A stretch of 43,596 bases of DNA. It comes from Candidatus Kaiserbacteria bacterium (lineage in GTDB: Bacteria > Patescibacteriota > Minisyncoccia > Phycocordibacterales > Phycocordibacteraceae). A program made the translations under genes and the position numbers. Of this stretch, positions 7,336 through 16,640 are shown piece by piece. The first letter of the stretch is position 1, and every line of letters starts with the position of its first letter. Under the pieces are notes generated by a model. It had not been told where the DNA came from. It saw only the letters and a list, made by a program, of their open reading frames with translations, and made no database searches. The stretch is taken from the NCBI GenBank assembly GCA_026396715.1, contig JAPLWH010000026.1, forward strand, positions 1 through 43,596, written 5' to 3'.

Positions 7336-8839
7336 TCTCGCGTGCGCGGCGCTCCTGCTCCTCTTTCTTACGAGCGCTTCTTCCGCTCATGCGTCGCAGA
7401 CGAGCGGGACGATAGACTCGACATACAAATACGCATGGAGCAATGTCGCCGGGCATGTGAACTTCGCACCGACGACCGGCGGTCTCACTATTACCGACTC
7501 TGCTATCACTGGCTATGCGTGGAGCGCGAATACCGGCTGGATCAACTTTAATGCCACCCAAAGCCATGTCACGAACGATGGGGCAGGGAACCTCGGTGGC
7601 TATGCGTGGGACTCAGGCGCAGGCTGGGTCTCATTTACCGGTGTCACTATCAATTCATCTGGACGATTTCACGGCACCGCGACCGGCGGTACGGTCAATG
7701 GTGCGAGCTATGCCATCAATTTCAACTGCACGAACTGCGACGTGCGCACCGACTGGCGGCCCGCGTCGGCGAGAACAACGACGACCACAACTACTTCAAC
7801 ACCTGCACCATCCGTATCATCTGGCGGTGGCGGTGGCGGTGGTGGAGGCAGTGCTTCGTTCAGCGGACCCTCCTCTTCGGACAAGCTCCTTCGTCTTACT
7901 ATAGTGCCAAGCACTTCCTCACTACCCATTTCTGGCGGCATGGTTACCTACACCTACCACGTCGCAAATACAGGTGCGAGCTATGGTGCTATAAGCAATA
8001 TAGTCGTCGCTGACACCGTGTGCAGTCCTGTTAAATACATTTCCGGCGATGACAATGGCGATGCTCGCATCGATATCAAAGAAGTGTGGACATATGGCTG
8101 TACGGCGAACCTTTCTCAGACTACCAGAAATATTGCAAATGTGACCGGCTATGCTTCCGCCAGTCTCAATGCGTTCACTATTTCGCAAAACACCACGGTC
8201 ATTGTGGGCGCGCTTGCAGTCGTGATTCCTCCCTTGCGCGCCGCGACTGCTCCGTCTGCATCAGTCCCGTCATCCCAACCATATACTCGCAACCTCGCCT
8301 TAAGGTTTACCGGTAACGACGTGAAGCAGCTCCAACAATTTCTCAATACCCACGGCTTCGTTATTGCGAGTGCGGGCATCGGCTCTCCCGGCAACGAGAC
8401 CAGCTACTTTGGTCCCGCGACGCAAGCCGCTCTCGCAAAGTTCCAAGCGGCAAACGACATCATGCCTGCCGTCGGATACTTCGGTCCAGTTACCAGAGCT
8501 TTTGTCGAGAATATGAACGAAACTGCGAAAGCGGCAGCGACCCCTCCGCAAAAAACAATTCCAGCACCTTCCACCCCGGTTCCTGTTTCAACCACTACAA
8601 TCTTTACGAGAGATTTAGACTGGCACATGACCGGGGCAGATGTTATGGATCTGCAAGCTTTTCTCATCAAACAAAATACCGGCCCCGCAGCGCGAGATTT
8701 GATTGCTATAGAAGAGACTGGTTACTTCGGAACGCTCACTCGGAAAGCGTTGGCAGAGTTCCAGGCGGCAAACGGCATTACCCCGGCTGCCGGCTACTTC
8801 GGGCCAAAGACCAAAGAGTTTATTACACGAGTTCAATAA
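7304..8839 (+). CDS. Secreted cell-surface protein with two C-terminal peptidoglycan-binding (PG_binding_1-like) repeats
   Basis: Signal peptide (ACAALLLLFLTSASSAHA), YAWS..GWINF repeats, poly-Gly linker, Ig-like segment (VTYTYHVANTG), and two copies of G.DV..LQ.FL...GYFG..T..AL..FQAANxI.PA.GYFGP.T. Confidence 0.85.
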   Translation: MSPRQLNRRNNLACAALLLLFLTSASSAHASQTSGTIDSTYKYAWSNVAGHVNFAPTTGGLTITDSAITGYAWSANTGWINFNATQSHVTNDGAGNLGGYAWDSGAGWVSFTGVTINSSGRFHGTATGGTVNGASYAINFNCTNCDVRTDWRPASARTTTTTTTSTPAPSVSSGGGGGGGGGSASFSGPSSSDKLLRLTIVPSTSSLPISGGMVTYTYHVANTGASYGAISNIVVADTVCSPVKYISGDDNGDARIDIKEVWTYGCTANLSQTTRNIANVTGYASASLNAFTISQNTTVIVGALAVVIPPLRAATAPSASVPSSQPYTRNLALRFTGNDVKQLQQFLNTHGFVIASAGIGSPGNETSYFGPATQAALAKFQAANDIMPAVGYFGPVTRAFVENMNETAKAAATPPQKTIPAPSTPVPVSTTTIFTRDLDWHMTGADVMDLQAFLIKQNTGPAARDLIAIEETGYFGTLTRKALAEFQAANGITPAAGYFGPKTKEFITRVQ

Positions 8840-8864
8840 GTGAGCGCACCGCTCCGCTCATGTA

Positions 8865-9404
8865 TCAGATGCCGGTATTTTTTGGTTCGGTTGTGGCGGC
8901 GTATTTCAGGATGAGGTCGCGCATCTGCTCTGGTCGGGGGATACCGCGCATATGGAATTCGTCAGAGGCACCAGCGGTTTGGACGCTAATATCGCCGAGG
9001 CCGAGCATCGAAGCGAGGATACCGGAGATGTTTGTGGTAACGTCTTGCACGCGTGACAGATTTAAACTTGAGACTTCGCGATGAAAGTAACTGCGTTGAT
9101 CGATATCGACAAGGCGCTTGTTGGTTAGTACCCAGGCATTGAGGAAGTAGCGGGTGCAGGCACCCCATGCGCCGGTCCAGGTAATGAGTAGCCACGCGCC
9201 GAGTACGGCGCGTGCGAGCGGCGCCTGATAGTCAAACAGTGCTGTGTAGGGTGCAAGCGATGGTGCAAGCACGAGGAATTTCGGAAGTGCAAAAGGGATG
9301 ATGGCGATGATGGCATAGGGAAGAAGCTCTTCAAGGAAGAGGAACCAATGCTTGCGGGATTCTTTTACGACATGTTCGCCCGGTTCGAGTTCAAATTCTT
9401 TCAT
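8865..9404 (-). CDS. Membrane protein with bacterial PH (bPH_2-like) domain
   Basis: Two TM segments, then WVLTNKRLVDIDQ...LSRVQDVT...LGDISVQTAG. Confidence 0.8.
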   Translation of the reverse strand: MKEFELEPGEHVVKESRKHWFLFLEELLPYAIIAIIPFALPKFLVLAPSLAPYTALFDYQAPLARAVLGAWLLITWTGAWGACTRYFLNAWVLTNKRLVDIDQRSYFHREVSSLNLSRVQDVTTNISGILASMLGLGDISVQTAGASDEFHMRGIPRPEQMRDLILKYAATTEPKNTGI

Positions 9405-9411
9405 AGGACAT

Positions 9412-9681
9412 TTACGGTAAATAAGGAGCGAGGAAGAATCCGTTGCCGGAGAGCGCGTAGGACATCAGGGCGATTGATATGAAAAGATGCGCGGCGATTG
9501 CCGGGAAAGCGAGCCACGATGCATGGGAATATTTAAGCCAGTGATAGATGGCGACAAAGGTGTACACCGCCCAGAAGATAAATATCGCGTAGAGCGCCCA
9601 CGTTAGCAGTGTGCCGCCAGCGGGAATCCCTGACAAATCTAATTGTGCAAACGATAGGGAAGGAAATGCTTGGTCGGTCAT
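9412..9681 (-). CDS. Hypothetical membrane protein (89 aa)
   Basis: Two hydrophobic segments; TATAAT 6 nt upstream of ATG 9681. Confidence 0.7.
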   Translation of the reverse strand: MTDQAFPSLSFAQLDLSGIPAGGTLLTWALYAIFIFWAVYTFVAIYHWLKYSHASWLAFPAIAAHLFISIALMSYALSGNGFFLAPYLP

Positions 9682-9776
9682 GGTGGAATTATACCGCATG
9701 AGATAGCTCCGTTTCGACAACTTCGAACAGCTCCAAAAATGTGCTTGTTCGGATTGACTGCTGCGCTCGAGAGGAT

Positions 9777-10583
9777 TTATCTCACGGGGTGAACTACGAT
9801 AAAGCGCGGCGTGCCGTACTGGTCGGCGCGTATCTCGGCGGAGAGGCCGTGTGCCTCAAAAAGTGCGGCCGCGGTTTTTATGTGTTCGTTGTCGCATTCG
9901 ATCCAGGCGACGCCGCTCAGGGTCAAATGTTTTGGGAGTTCCATCGCGATGCGGCGTATGAGATCGAGACCGTCTTCTCCGGAGAAGAGGGCGACTGTTG
10001 GTTCATAATCAGCAACGCTCGCGTCGAGTGTGCGGACGGAAGGAATGTAGGGCGGATTCGCAGCGATGACGTCGAAGCGCATATCGCCGAATGGCTCGAA
10101 TAAGTCGCCGATGCGGACGTCGGCGCGAGAAGCGTCAAGATTATTTTCGTGGATATTTTTTTGAATCATCGTTTTGTGCGCGGGATCAATTTCGCCAAAA
10201 TACACATGAGCATCGGGTAGCTGCGCAAGCGCCGCGCAGCCGATAGCGCCGGAGCCCGCGCAAAAATCCAGAAATTTTAATGTCGGGACGTACGACGTCC
10301 CGACATTCCCGACATGGGCGAGAAGACGCTCCGTACGTTCCTCAGGCGAGCGTTCCTGGGCATTTCGTACGATTTGAACAAGTTGCTCGGTCCACCACTC
10401 TGTTTCCGGACGCGGGATGAGCGGCTTCGAGTCGAGGTAAATCTTCAATCCGAGAAAGGGCTGCCAGCCGATGACGTAGCTGAGCGGCTCGCCCTTGGCG
10501 AGCCGCTTTTTATCAGTCTCGTATTCCGCAGTCTCGTGGCCGCTGTATTTTTCATTGAGGAGCCATTGTTCATCCTTGGTCAT
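9777..10583 (-). CDS. prmC: Release factor glutamine methyltransferase HemK/PrmC
   Basis: GEPLSYVIG, LIPRPETEWW, LDFCAGSGAIG, and NPPY motif. Confidence 0.92.
   Translation of the reverse strand: MTKDEQWLLNEKYSGHETAEYETDKKRLAKGEPLSYVIGWQPFLGLKIYLDSKPLIPRPETEWWTEQLVQIVRNAQERSPEERTERLLAHVGNVGTSYVPTLKFLDFCAGSGAIGCAALAQLPDAHVYFGEIDPAHKTMIQKNIHENNLDASRADVRIGDLFEPFGDMRFDVIAANPPYIPSVRTLDASVADYEPTVALFSGEDGLDLIRRIAMELPKHLTLSGVAWIECDNEHIKTAAALFEAHGLSAEIRADQYGTPRFIVVHPVR
10279..10307. repeat. 13-bp perfect hairpin inside prmC (apparent in-frame insertion)
   Basis: AATGTCGGGACGT-ACG-ACGTCCCGACATT, encoding NVGTSYVPT just before the SAM-binding motif. Confidence 0.7.
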
Positions 10584-10606
10584 AGAGGGAACGCTAACAT
10601 ATAAGC

Positions 10607-10641
10607 AGAAAGCCCGCCCTCCGAAGGAGGGCGGGCTTTCT
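10607..10641. terminator. Intrinsic terminator of the RRM gene
   Basis: Perfect 16-bp stem AGAAAGCCCGCCCTCC/GGAGGGCGGGCTTTCT with 3-nt loop. Confidence 0.85.
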
Positions 10642-10660
10642 TGCGTTGCGCACTAAGGGA

Positions 10661-11041
10661 TTAGTATCCGCCGCGACTGAAGCCGCCGCCGTTACCACCA
10701 CCAAAACCGCCGCCGCCGTTACCGCCGCGATCACCGCCACCGAAACCGCCTTCGCGGCGTGGGGGACGATCACCCTGCGGGCGAGCAAAGGAAACCGAGA
10801 GCGTACGCCCATCGAGCTCCTTGCCATCCAAACGGTCGATAGCTGCCTGGGCTTCCGCCTCAGTTGCCATCTCGACGAAGCCGAAACCGCGTGAGCGGCC
10901 CGTCATACGATCAGAAATAATGCTTGCGGAAACGACATTACCGGCCTCACCGAAAGCCTTCTTGAGATCGTCTTCCGTCGAACGATACGGGATTCCGCCT
11001 ACGTAAAGCTTGTTCCCCTGCACTGCTGCTGCATTGTCCAT
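10661..11041 (-). CDS. RRM-domain RNA-binding protein with Gly/Arg-rich tail
   Basis: KLYVGGI (RNP2), RGFGFVEM (RNP1), and an RGG-rich C-terminus. Confidence 0.92.
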   Translation of the reverse strand: MDNAAAVQGNKLYVGGIPYRSTEDDLKKAFGEAGNVVSASIISDRMTGRSRGFGFVEMATEAEAQAAIDRLDGKELDGRTLSVSFARPQGDRPPRREGGFGGGDRGGNGGGGFGGGNGGGFSRGGY

Positions 11042-11184
11042 GTGTAGATCTAAACTGGTTAATCTCGCCGAAACTGAAAACTTTGCTTGCTCTTTTGGAG
11101 GGCGAAGCTCGAATACTCTGCGAGTGATGCAAAGTATGCCAGAAATACCCCTCAAACACAAGATAGGTGGGGATAGCGCGAGTT

Positions 11185-11277
11185 TTAGAAGCCGCCGGTA
11201 ACGAGAGCAGGGAAGAACATCCCGATCATACCGAGCGCGAGCAGTGTGACGATAATGATGGCGAGTGCGCGTTTCAT
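11185..11277 (-). CDS. Small 30-aa single-TM peptide
   Basis: ATG AAA...TAA reading MKRALAIIIVTLLALGMIGMFFPALVTGGF fills the intergenic gap. Confidence 0.55.
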   Translation of the reverse strand: MKRALAIIIVTLLALGMIGMFFPALVTGGF

Positions 11278-11326
11278 ATGGTAAAGAATAGCAGATTTTA
11301 TTGAAAAAGTAGATTATACTGCCTGC

Positions 11327-12343
11327 ATGGATTTTCTTGCGCGGTACAAGTATTCGGGGTTTCTGCTTCTCGTGCTCGGTCTCGTGGCCGGGTACGCAGC
11401 CGGACAGTGGGGAGACAAACGGGGACTTTCTATTATTGATCAGTCGCTGGTGCCAATCAGTGAGAAGGGGACTTCATATGCTTTCGTGCATCCGTTACTT
11501 GCTTATCGCGTGCCTGAAGCGACGGTGTTTGGCGATTACGTGTCGTTGAAGAGTTCGTTTCAGTCGATTATTGATTCGGAAGTTTCCGCGCATCGCGTCA
11601 CAAAGGTTGCGCTGTACTTCCGCGATCTCGATGCTGCGCGCTGGGTCGGCATTGCCCAAGACGACGTCTTTTATCCCGCAAGTCTCTTGAAGGTTCCCGT
11701 ACTTATTGCTTATCTAAAAGAGGCTGAGAAAAATTCATCTATCCTCAATAAAAAAATCGCGTATGACCCGGCGGTCATACCGACCGAATCGTTTACGGCG
11801 CCGTCAACACTCGTCACATCGCGCGATTATACAATCAAAACACTTCTTAATCGTATGATTATCGATTCTGATAACGGCGCGACGTTTACGCTTTTGAATG
11901 ACGTCAATCCTGAATTTTTGCGTGCTGTGTATACGGCGATCGGCATTCAGGATCCGGGAAATGGTTCGACAGACTATCAAATTTCAGCACGTTCCTACGG
12001 ACTGTTTTTTAGGGTTCTCTACAATGCAACGTATCTTTCTCAGGCGTATTCGGAGCAAGCGTTACGACTTCTTTCGCAGACGACTTTCGTTGACGGTCTC
12101 GTTGCGGGAGTGCCGAAAGGAATCGTTGTCGCTCATAAATACGGTGAGCATATATTTTCCGAAAATGGTGTCGCGACCAGTCTTGAGCTTTCCGATTGTG
12201 GCATCGTCTATTATCCGGAGCATCCGTATCTTTTGTGTGTCATGACAAGCGCCAAGGGCTTTGCAGAAGCTTCTGCGACCATCGCGAAGATTTCCAGCGC
12301 AGCGTACGACGCCATCCAGCAGCAATACGCTACTGCTAAGTAG
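11327..12343 (+). CDS. Class A beta-lactamase-like serine hydrolase (Beta-lactamase2 family), membrane-anchored
   Basis: SxxK (PASLLKVP), SDN, and HKYG (KTG-like) motifs; N-terminal TM. Confidence 0.85.
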   Translation: MDFLARYKYSGFLLLVLGLVAGYAAGQWGDKRGLSIIDQSLVPISEKGTSYAFVHPLLAYRVPEATVFGDYVSLKSSFQSIIDSEVSAHRVTKVALYFRDLDAARWVGIAQDDVFYPASLLKVPVLIAYLKEAEKNSSILNKKIAYDPAVIPTESFTAPSTLVTSRDYTIKTLLNRMIIDSDNGATFTLLNDVNPEFLRAVYTAIGIQDPGNGSTDYQISARSYGLFFRVLYNATYLSQAYSEQALRLLSQTTFVDGLVAGVPKGIVVAHKYGEHIFSENGVATSLELSDCGIVYYPEHPYLLCVMTSAKGFAEASATIAKISSAAYDAIQQQYATAK

Positions 12344-12363
12344 CCCGATTCTGACAGTACTGC

Positions 12364-14055
12364 TTACGGCATCGAGGTGATGATGTCTCGCTTGATATCG
12401 GCAAAGGTCCCGCCGACTTTCTTTCCGGGATTGAGGATGTTCTGCGGATCAAAGACTTTTTTTGTCGCTTCGAAAAGCGCGACCATTTCCGCGCCGAAAA
12501 GCATCGAGAGGTAGGGTGTGCGGATTATGCCGTCATTGTGTTCACCGGTTGTCGTGCCGCCCTCACGTATCACGAGCTCGTATATCTTTGGCGCGAGGTC
12601 GAGGATGACTTGCCGATTCTCTTCTTTGGAAAGATCCATGAGCGGGATGATATGGAAATTGCCATTGCCGATGTGGCCCGCGATAGTGTAGATGAAATGC
12701 GACTTGTATTCGTCGAGAAGTACATTTAGTTTCGGCAGGAACTCAGGATAGCAGGACGGCGGCACGACAAAGTCGTCGATGAAGGGTGCCGCGTAGAGAC
12801 CGTGGACATTTTTGCGCAGGAGCGCGAAGCTTTCGCGTCGCACGATCCAATATTTTTCGGATTCCTTTTCATCCTTTTCGACTTTCGCTTGTACGTGCAG
12901 TCCAGCGAGCGCCTCTTTCGCTTTCTGCGCTTTCTCGTCCGCCTCCTCTATCGTGTCTTCGGCGAATTCCGCCATGAGGATCATCTTCGGCACGCCGCCC
13001 GTAGCGACCATCGCCGCTTCGGGAATGAAGTCGATGCCGAGGCGCGCGGCCTTGAGGAAGCCCATCTGCGAGAGCATCTGAGGGATGAACTTCACGGCAA
13101 GTGTAAATGTGTGGTCGTCGTAACTTTCGAACGATTCGGGGTTTTCGAGCAGAACGCGCCGCACAACCTCCGGCAGGATGTCGAGGTCATAGAGGAAGAC
13201 GACGAGCATCGCGCGCCGCTCTTTTGGCGTCACGAGAGCGAGCTTCGCTTTTGTCCAGAGTGCGAGCGTTCCTTGGGAGCCGCAGATGAGCTTCGCGAGA
13301 TTAAAGGTGCCGGTCTTCGGATCGCGAATGCTCCAGAGCGCGTAGCCGGCAGAATTTTTTGAGACTTTCGGCCGGTGCGCCTCGATGAGCGCGGCATTTT
13401 TCGAGACGAGCGCGTCCATCGTGCGATAGATTGCCCCTTGAAGCGTTTGAAGCCTCTTCTTCTCCTCCAGTTCCGTAGGCGTGAGCGCTTTGAAAGTGGT
13501 TTGTGAGCCATCGGAGAGAACGACATCGAGCTCTTCAACATAGCGCTCCGTCTGTCCGTATTTGAGCGTACGTTCGCCGCCGGAATTATTCGCGACGATG
13601 CCGCCCATCGCGGCTATCTCGCGGCTCGCGGGGTAGGAGGGAAGCAGTAGATTCTTTTTTAAAGTCTCTTTTTCAAAATCTCTATAAAAAACCCCGGGCT
13701 CTGAAATGGCGTATCCCGCCATTTCATCCCGAGCGGAGTCGAGGGACACTACCTCGCCCATATGATTCATGTGTTTGGTAAAGGAGACGACGACACTGGT
13801 TGTGAGCGGTCCGCCGGTCATGTCGGTTCCCGCCGATCGCCCGGCAAGCGACACAGCCGCGCCCGCGAAGCGGGCGCGGCCTATCTCTTTCACGATTGCG
13901 CTCACATCCTCCGCATCTTTCGGATACACGACGAGCTCTGGCATCCGCATGAAGAGCGATGTGTCGCGGCTCATCTTTGTCAGCGTCGCTGCATCATCCG
14001 CGATCTCTCCTTTCATCACGCCTGCGAGCGCCTTTTTCAAATCTGCAGCAGTCAT
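12364..14055 (-). CDS. FAD-binding oxidoreductase (GlcD/D-lactate dehydrogenase-like)
   Basis: AGRSAGTDMTGG, GGIVANNSGG, GHIGNGNFH, GEHNDG, and FDPQNILNPGK. Confidence 0.88.
   Translation of the reverse strand: MTAADLKKALAGVMKGEIADDAATLTKMSRDTSLFMRMPELVVYPKDAEDVSAIVKEIGRARFAGAAVSLAGRSAGTDMTGGPLTTSVVVSFTKHMNHMGEVVSLDSARDEMAGYAISEPGVFYRDFEKETLKKNLLLPSYPASREIAAMGGIVANNSGGERTLKYGQTERYVEELDVVLSDGSQTTFKALTPTELEEKKRLQTLQGAIYRTMDALVSKNAALIEAHRPKVSKNSAGYALWSIRDPKTGTFNLAKLICGSQGTLALWTKAKLALVTPKERRAMLVVFLYDLDILPEVVRRVLLENPESFESYDDHTFTLAVKFIPQMLSQMGFLKAARLGIDFIPEAAMVATGGVPKMILMAEFAEDTIEEADEKAQKAKEALAGLHVQAKVEKDEKESEKYWIVRRESFALLRKNVHGLYAAPFIDDFVVPPSCYPEFLPKLNVLLDEYKSHFIYTIAGHIGNGNFHIIPLMDLSKEENRQVILDLAPKIYELVIREGGTTTGEHNDGIIRTPYLSMLFGAEMVALFEATKKVFDPQNILNPGKKVGGTFADIKRDIITSMP
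13728..13745 (-). repeat. REP-like motif CCCTCGACTCCGCTCGGG inside the FAD oxidase
   Basis: Same motif as 16144, 19062 and 21051; here read as S-L-D-S-A-R-D-E. Confidence 0.75.
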
Positions 14056-14205
14056 TGGGGATAAGTATACTCGATTTTTTCATCGGTACTCTGGATGAAA
14101 GGGAAACTAGGACATCTGGTGCAGGTGGGAAGTTATGCACTTGGTGCCATTGCGGCAAGCGAGATAGGAGTACTATTAAGTTATTAACCGAATAACATAT
14201 TTGCT

Positions 14206-14478
14206 ATGGAACACCACATTGATCCCGCAAAGACCGCGCTTACCGTCGGGGCATTTCTCGGAGGCTGGCATGTCATCTGGTCGGTTCTCGTCGCACTCGG
14301 AGTGGCGCAAGGAATCGTCGATTTCGTTCTCTGGATGCACATGATTAGCCTGCCGTATGTTGTAAAGGCATTTGACCCTTCAGCCGCAGCGACGCTTATC
14401 GTCATTACTTCGATCGTCGGTTACGTTGGTGGCTACCTCTTCGCGCATATCTGGAATCGGATGCATCGTGCCGCATAG
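14206..14478 (+). CDS. Hypothetical membrane protein
   Basis: 90-aa hydrophobic ORF with 2-3 TM segments. Confidence 0.7.
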   Translation: MEHHIDPAKTALTVGAFLGGWHVIWSVLVALGVAQGIVDFVLWMHMISLPYVVKAFDPSAAATLIVITSIVGYVGGYLFAHIWNRMHRAA

Positions 14479-14510
14479 TGACGAGGCATTGGAAACATTG
14501 CGGTTAGAGT

Positions 14511-14885
14511 ATGAGTGAAAAGCTTCCAGAAAATGAACACGAGAAGTTTCAGAAGTCGGTTGAGGTCGGTTTCGAATTGCAAAGGCAAGACGCCGAAGAT
14601 TCTGAGCGCGGACCTATCGTAAGGCGGATGCGCGCGATAGTTGAAAAGGCGCGTGAGAATTATGAAGACAATGTTGGATTTTTAAATGACCTCGCATCAT
14701 TCCGAGAATCATGGAATGACCATTTTACCGTCGCGGGAGCGCGACGGTATCGTTTGTATCACCTCATGACTGGAAGTTCTCCGTTGGGAAGTGCCATTTT
14801 TTTCGATGCTGAAGGAGAATGGTCCATCGCAAAGAAGGTGCAAGAGTTGGCCGAAAAACACACTATACGCACCGAAGAGGTATAA
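14511..14885 (+). CDS. Hypothetical protein
   Basis: 124-aa ORF filling the gap, directly upstream of the helicase. Confidence 0.65.
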   Translation: MSEKLPENEHEKFQKSVEVGFELQRQDAEDSERGPIVRRMRAIVEKARENYEDNVGFLNDLASFRESWNDHFTVAGARRYRLYHLMTGSSPLGSAIFFDAEGEWSIAKKVQELAEKHTIRTEEV

Positions 14886-14893
14886 TCGGGTCT

Positions 14894-16600
14894 ATGACCC
14901 AAGGCGAGGCGCTCACGATACTGAAGACGGGCGCGAACGTATTCCTTACCGGCGAGCCGGGGAGTGGAAAGACGCATACGGTCAATGCATTCGTCGAGTG
15001 GCTGCGTAATTCCGGCATCGAGCCCTCGGTTACGGCAGCGACCGGCATCGCCGCGACGCATGTCGGCGGCATGACGCTGCACTCTTGGAGCGGTATCGGC
15101 ATCAGTGAGTCGCTCTCGAAAGCCGACGTCGACCGCATCGCGACCAAAGAGCATATCGCGCGGCGCATCCAGAAAGCGAAAGTGCTCATCATAGAGGAGA
15201 TCTCGATGCTCTCGGCCTCGACTTTCGAAATGGCAGACGCCGTGTGCCGCGAGGTGCGCCGAGTCGACAAGCCTTTCGGCGGGCTCACGGTTGTCCTCGT
15301 GGGCGACTTCTTCCAGCTGCCGCCAGTCTCGCGCGGCCGCGAGGTCAAGTTCGCGTATTCGTCGGCAGTGTGGCGCGACCTGAGCCTTTTGACCTGCTAT
15401 CTCACGGAGCAGTACCGGCAGGACGATAGCGATTTCCTCAGTGTGCTCTCGGCGATACGCTCGGGGAATGTCGAAGAGCTGCACTATGAAGAGCTCATGC
15501 GTCGCCATCGCGACCCATCCGAGCTTCCCTTGGACGCGCCGAAGCTCTTTTCGCACAATGCCGATGTCGATCGCATCAATGCCGCTGAGCTCGCGAAGCT
15601 CAAGGGCGTTTCAAGGAAGTTCAGTATGAGCTCGAAAGGGAAAGACACGATGATCGAGGGGTTGAAGCGCGGCTGCCTTTCGCCCGAGACATTGGAATTG
15701 AAAGAAGGCGCGGTGGTCATGTTTACCAAGAATTCGCCGCAAGGGAAGTTCGTAAACGGCACGCTCGGCATCGTTACCGGCTGGGGCGCGGACGGCATGC
15801 CGATAGTGGAGACAAAAGACGGGCTCAGCATAAGCACTGAGCCGATGGAGTGGCAGCTCGAGGAGCAGGGCAAGGTAAAGGCGAGCGTCTCGCAGATACC
15901 GTTGCGGCTCGCGTATGCGATGACCGTGCACAAGAGTCAGGGGATGAGCATGGACGCCGCGATCATGGATCTCTCGAAGGCTTTTGAATACGGACAAGGG
16001 TACGTCGCGCTTTCGCGTGTGCGAAGGCTCTCCGGCGTATTTCTCACGGGCATGAATGCGCGCGCGCTTGAAGTGCATCCAGAGATTCTGGAGAAAGATA
16101 AGGATTTCCGCGCGGCGTCAGACGCCGCGCGGGATGCGTTCGCCCCTCGACCAGACTCGGGGCAAGCAGCAATGTCCGAAACAGAAATTATCGATATGCA
16201 GAAGAAATTCGTAAAGGCAGTAGGCGGCGCCTGGCTCGAAAACGAAGGGCACGAGAAGCAAAAAATATCCCGACAGGTTCGGGGCAAAACGGTCGCAGGC
16301 CTGCCGGGGCGGCTCGCCGAAACGCTGCAATCCGCGCGCGACGGAAAGTCGCTCGTTGAGGTCGCAAAAGTGCGCGGGCTCGCCGTCTCCACCATCGTGA
16401 AGCACTTGGAAGAGCTTGCAGAGATAGGGAAGCTCGCGCGTGCTGACTTCGCGCATCTTCTGCCGGACCATGGCGCGACAGACGAGATCCAGGAAGCGCT
16501 CGCCACCGCCGGCAAAGAGGTCCTCTCTCCCGTTTTTCACTCGCTCGGCGGTCGCTATTCTTTTGAAATAATCCGCCTCGTCAGGCTCGCGCGCGAATAA
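14894..16600 (+). CDS. Pif1/RecD-like helicase with C-terminal HTH domain
   Basis: GEPGSGKT, IIEEISM (Walker B with E in place of D), VGDFFQLPPV, TVHKSQGMS, QGYVALSR, and a C-terminal HTH (VAKVRGLAVSTIVKHL). Confidence 0.88.
   Translation: MTQGEALTILKTGANVFLTGEPGSGKTHTVNAFVEWLRNSGIEPSVTAATGIAATHVGGMTLHSWSGIGISESLSKADVDRIATKEHIARRIQKAKVLIIEEISMLSASTFEMADAVCREVRRVDKPFGGLTVVLVGDFFQLPPVSRGREVKFAYSSAVWRDLSLLTCYLTEQYRQDDSDFLSVLSAIRSGNVEELHYEELMRRHRDPSELPLDAPKLFSHNADVDRINAAELAKLKGVSRKFSMSSKGKDTMIEGLKRGCLSPETLELKEGAVVMFTKNSPQGKFVNGTLGIVTGWGADGMPIVETKDGLSISTEPMEWQLEEQGKVKASVSQIPLRLAYAMTVHKSQGMSMDAAIMDLSKAFEYGQGYVALSRVRRLSGVFLTGMNARALEVHPEILEKDKDFRAASDAARDAFAPRPDSGQAAMSETEIIDMQKKFVKAVGGAWLENEGHEKQKISRQVRGKTVAGLPGRLAETLQSARDGKSLVEVAKVRGLAVSTIVKHLEELAEIGKLARADFAHLLPDHGATDEIQEALATAGKEVLSPVFHSLGGRYSFEIIRLVRLARE
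16144..16161 (+). repeat. REP-like motif variant CCCTCGACCAGACTCGGG inside the helicase
   Basis: Same flanking arms as the other copies; read as P-R-P-D-S-G-Q-A. Confidence 0.65.
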
Positions 16601-16640
16601 TATAGACCATATAAGGGTGGGTGTGCTAAACTCATACCTT

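Noticed and set aside
11327-12343. Functional antibiotic-resistance beta-lactamase
   Set aside because: SxxK/SDN/KxG motifs are present but I see no omega-loop ExxLN (Glu166) equivalent; membrane-anchored PBP-like hydrolase is the safer call.
14894-16600. Helicase Walker B 'EEIS' as an inactivating mutation
   Set aside because: It is a conservative D-to-E change with all other motifs intact; not enough to call a pseudogene.
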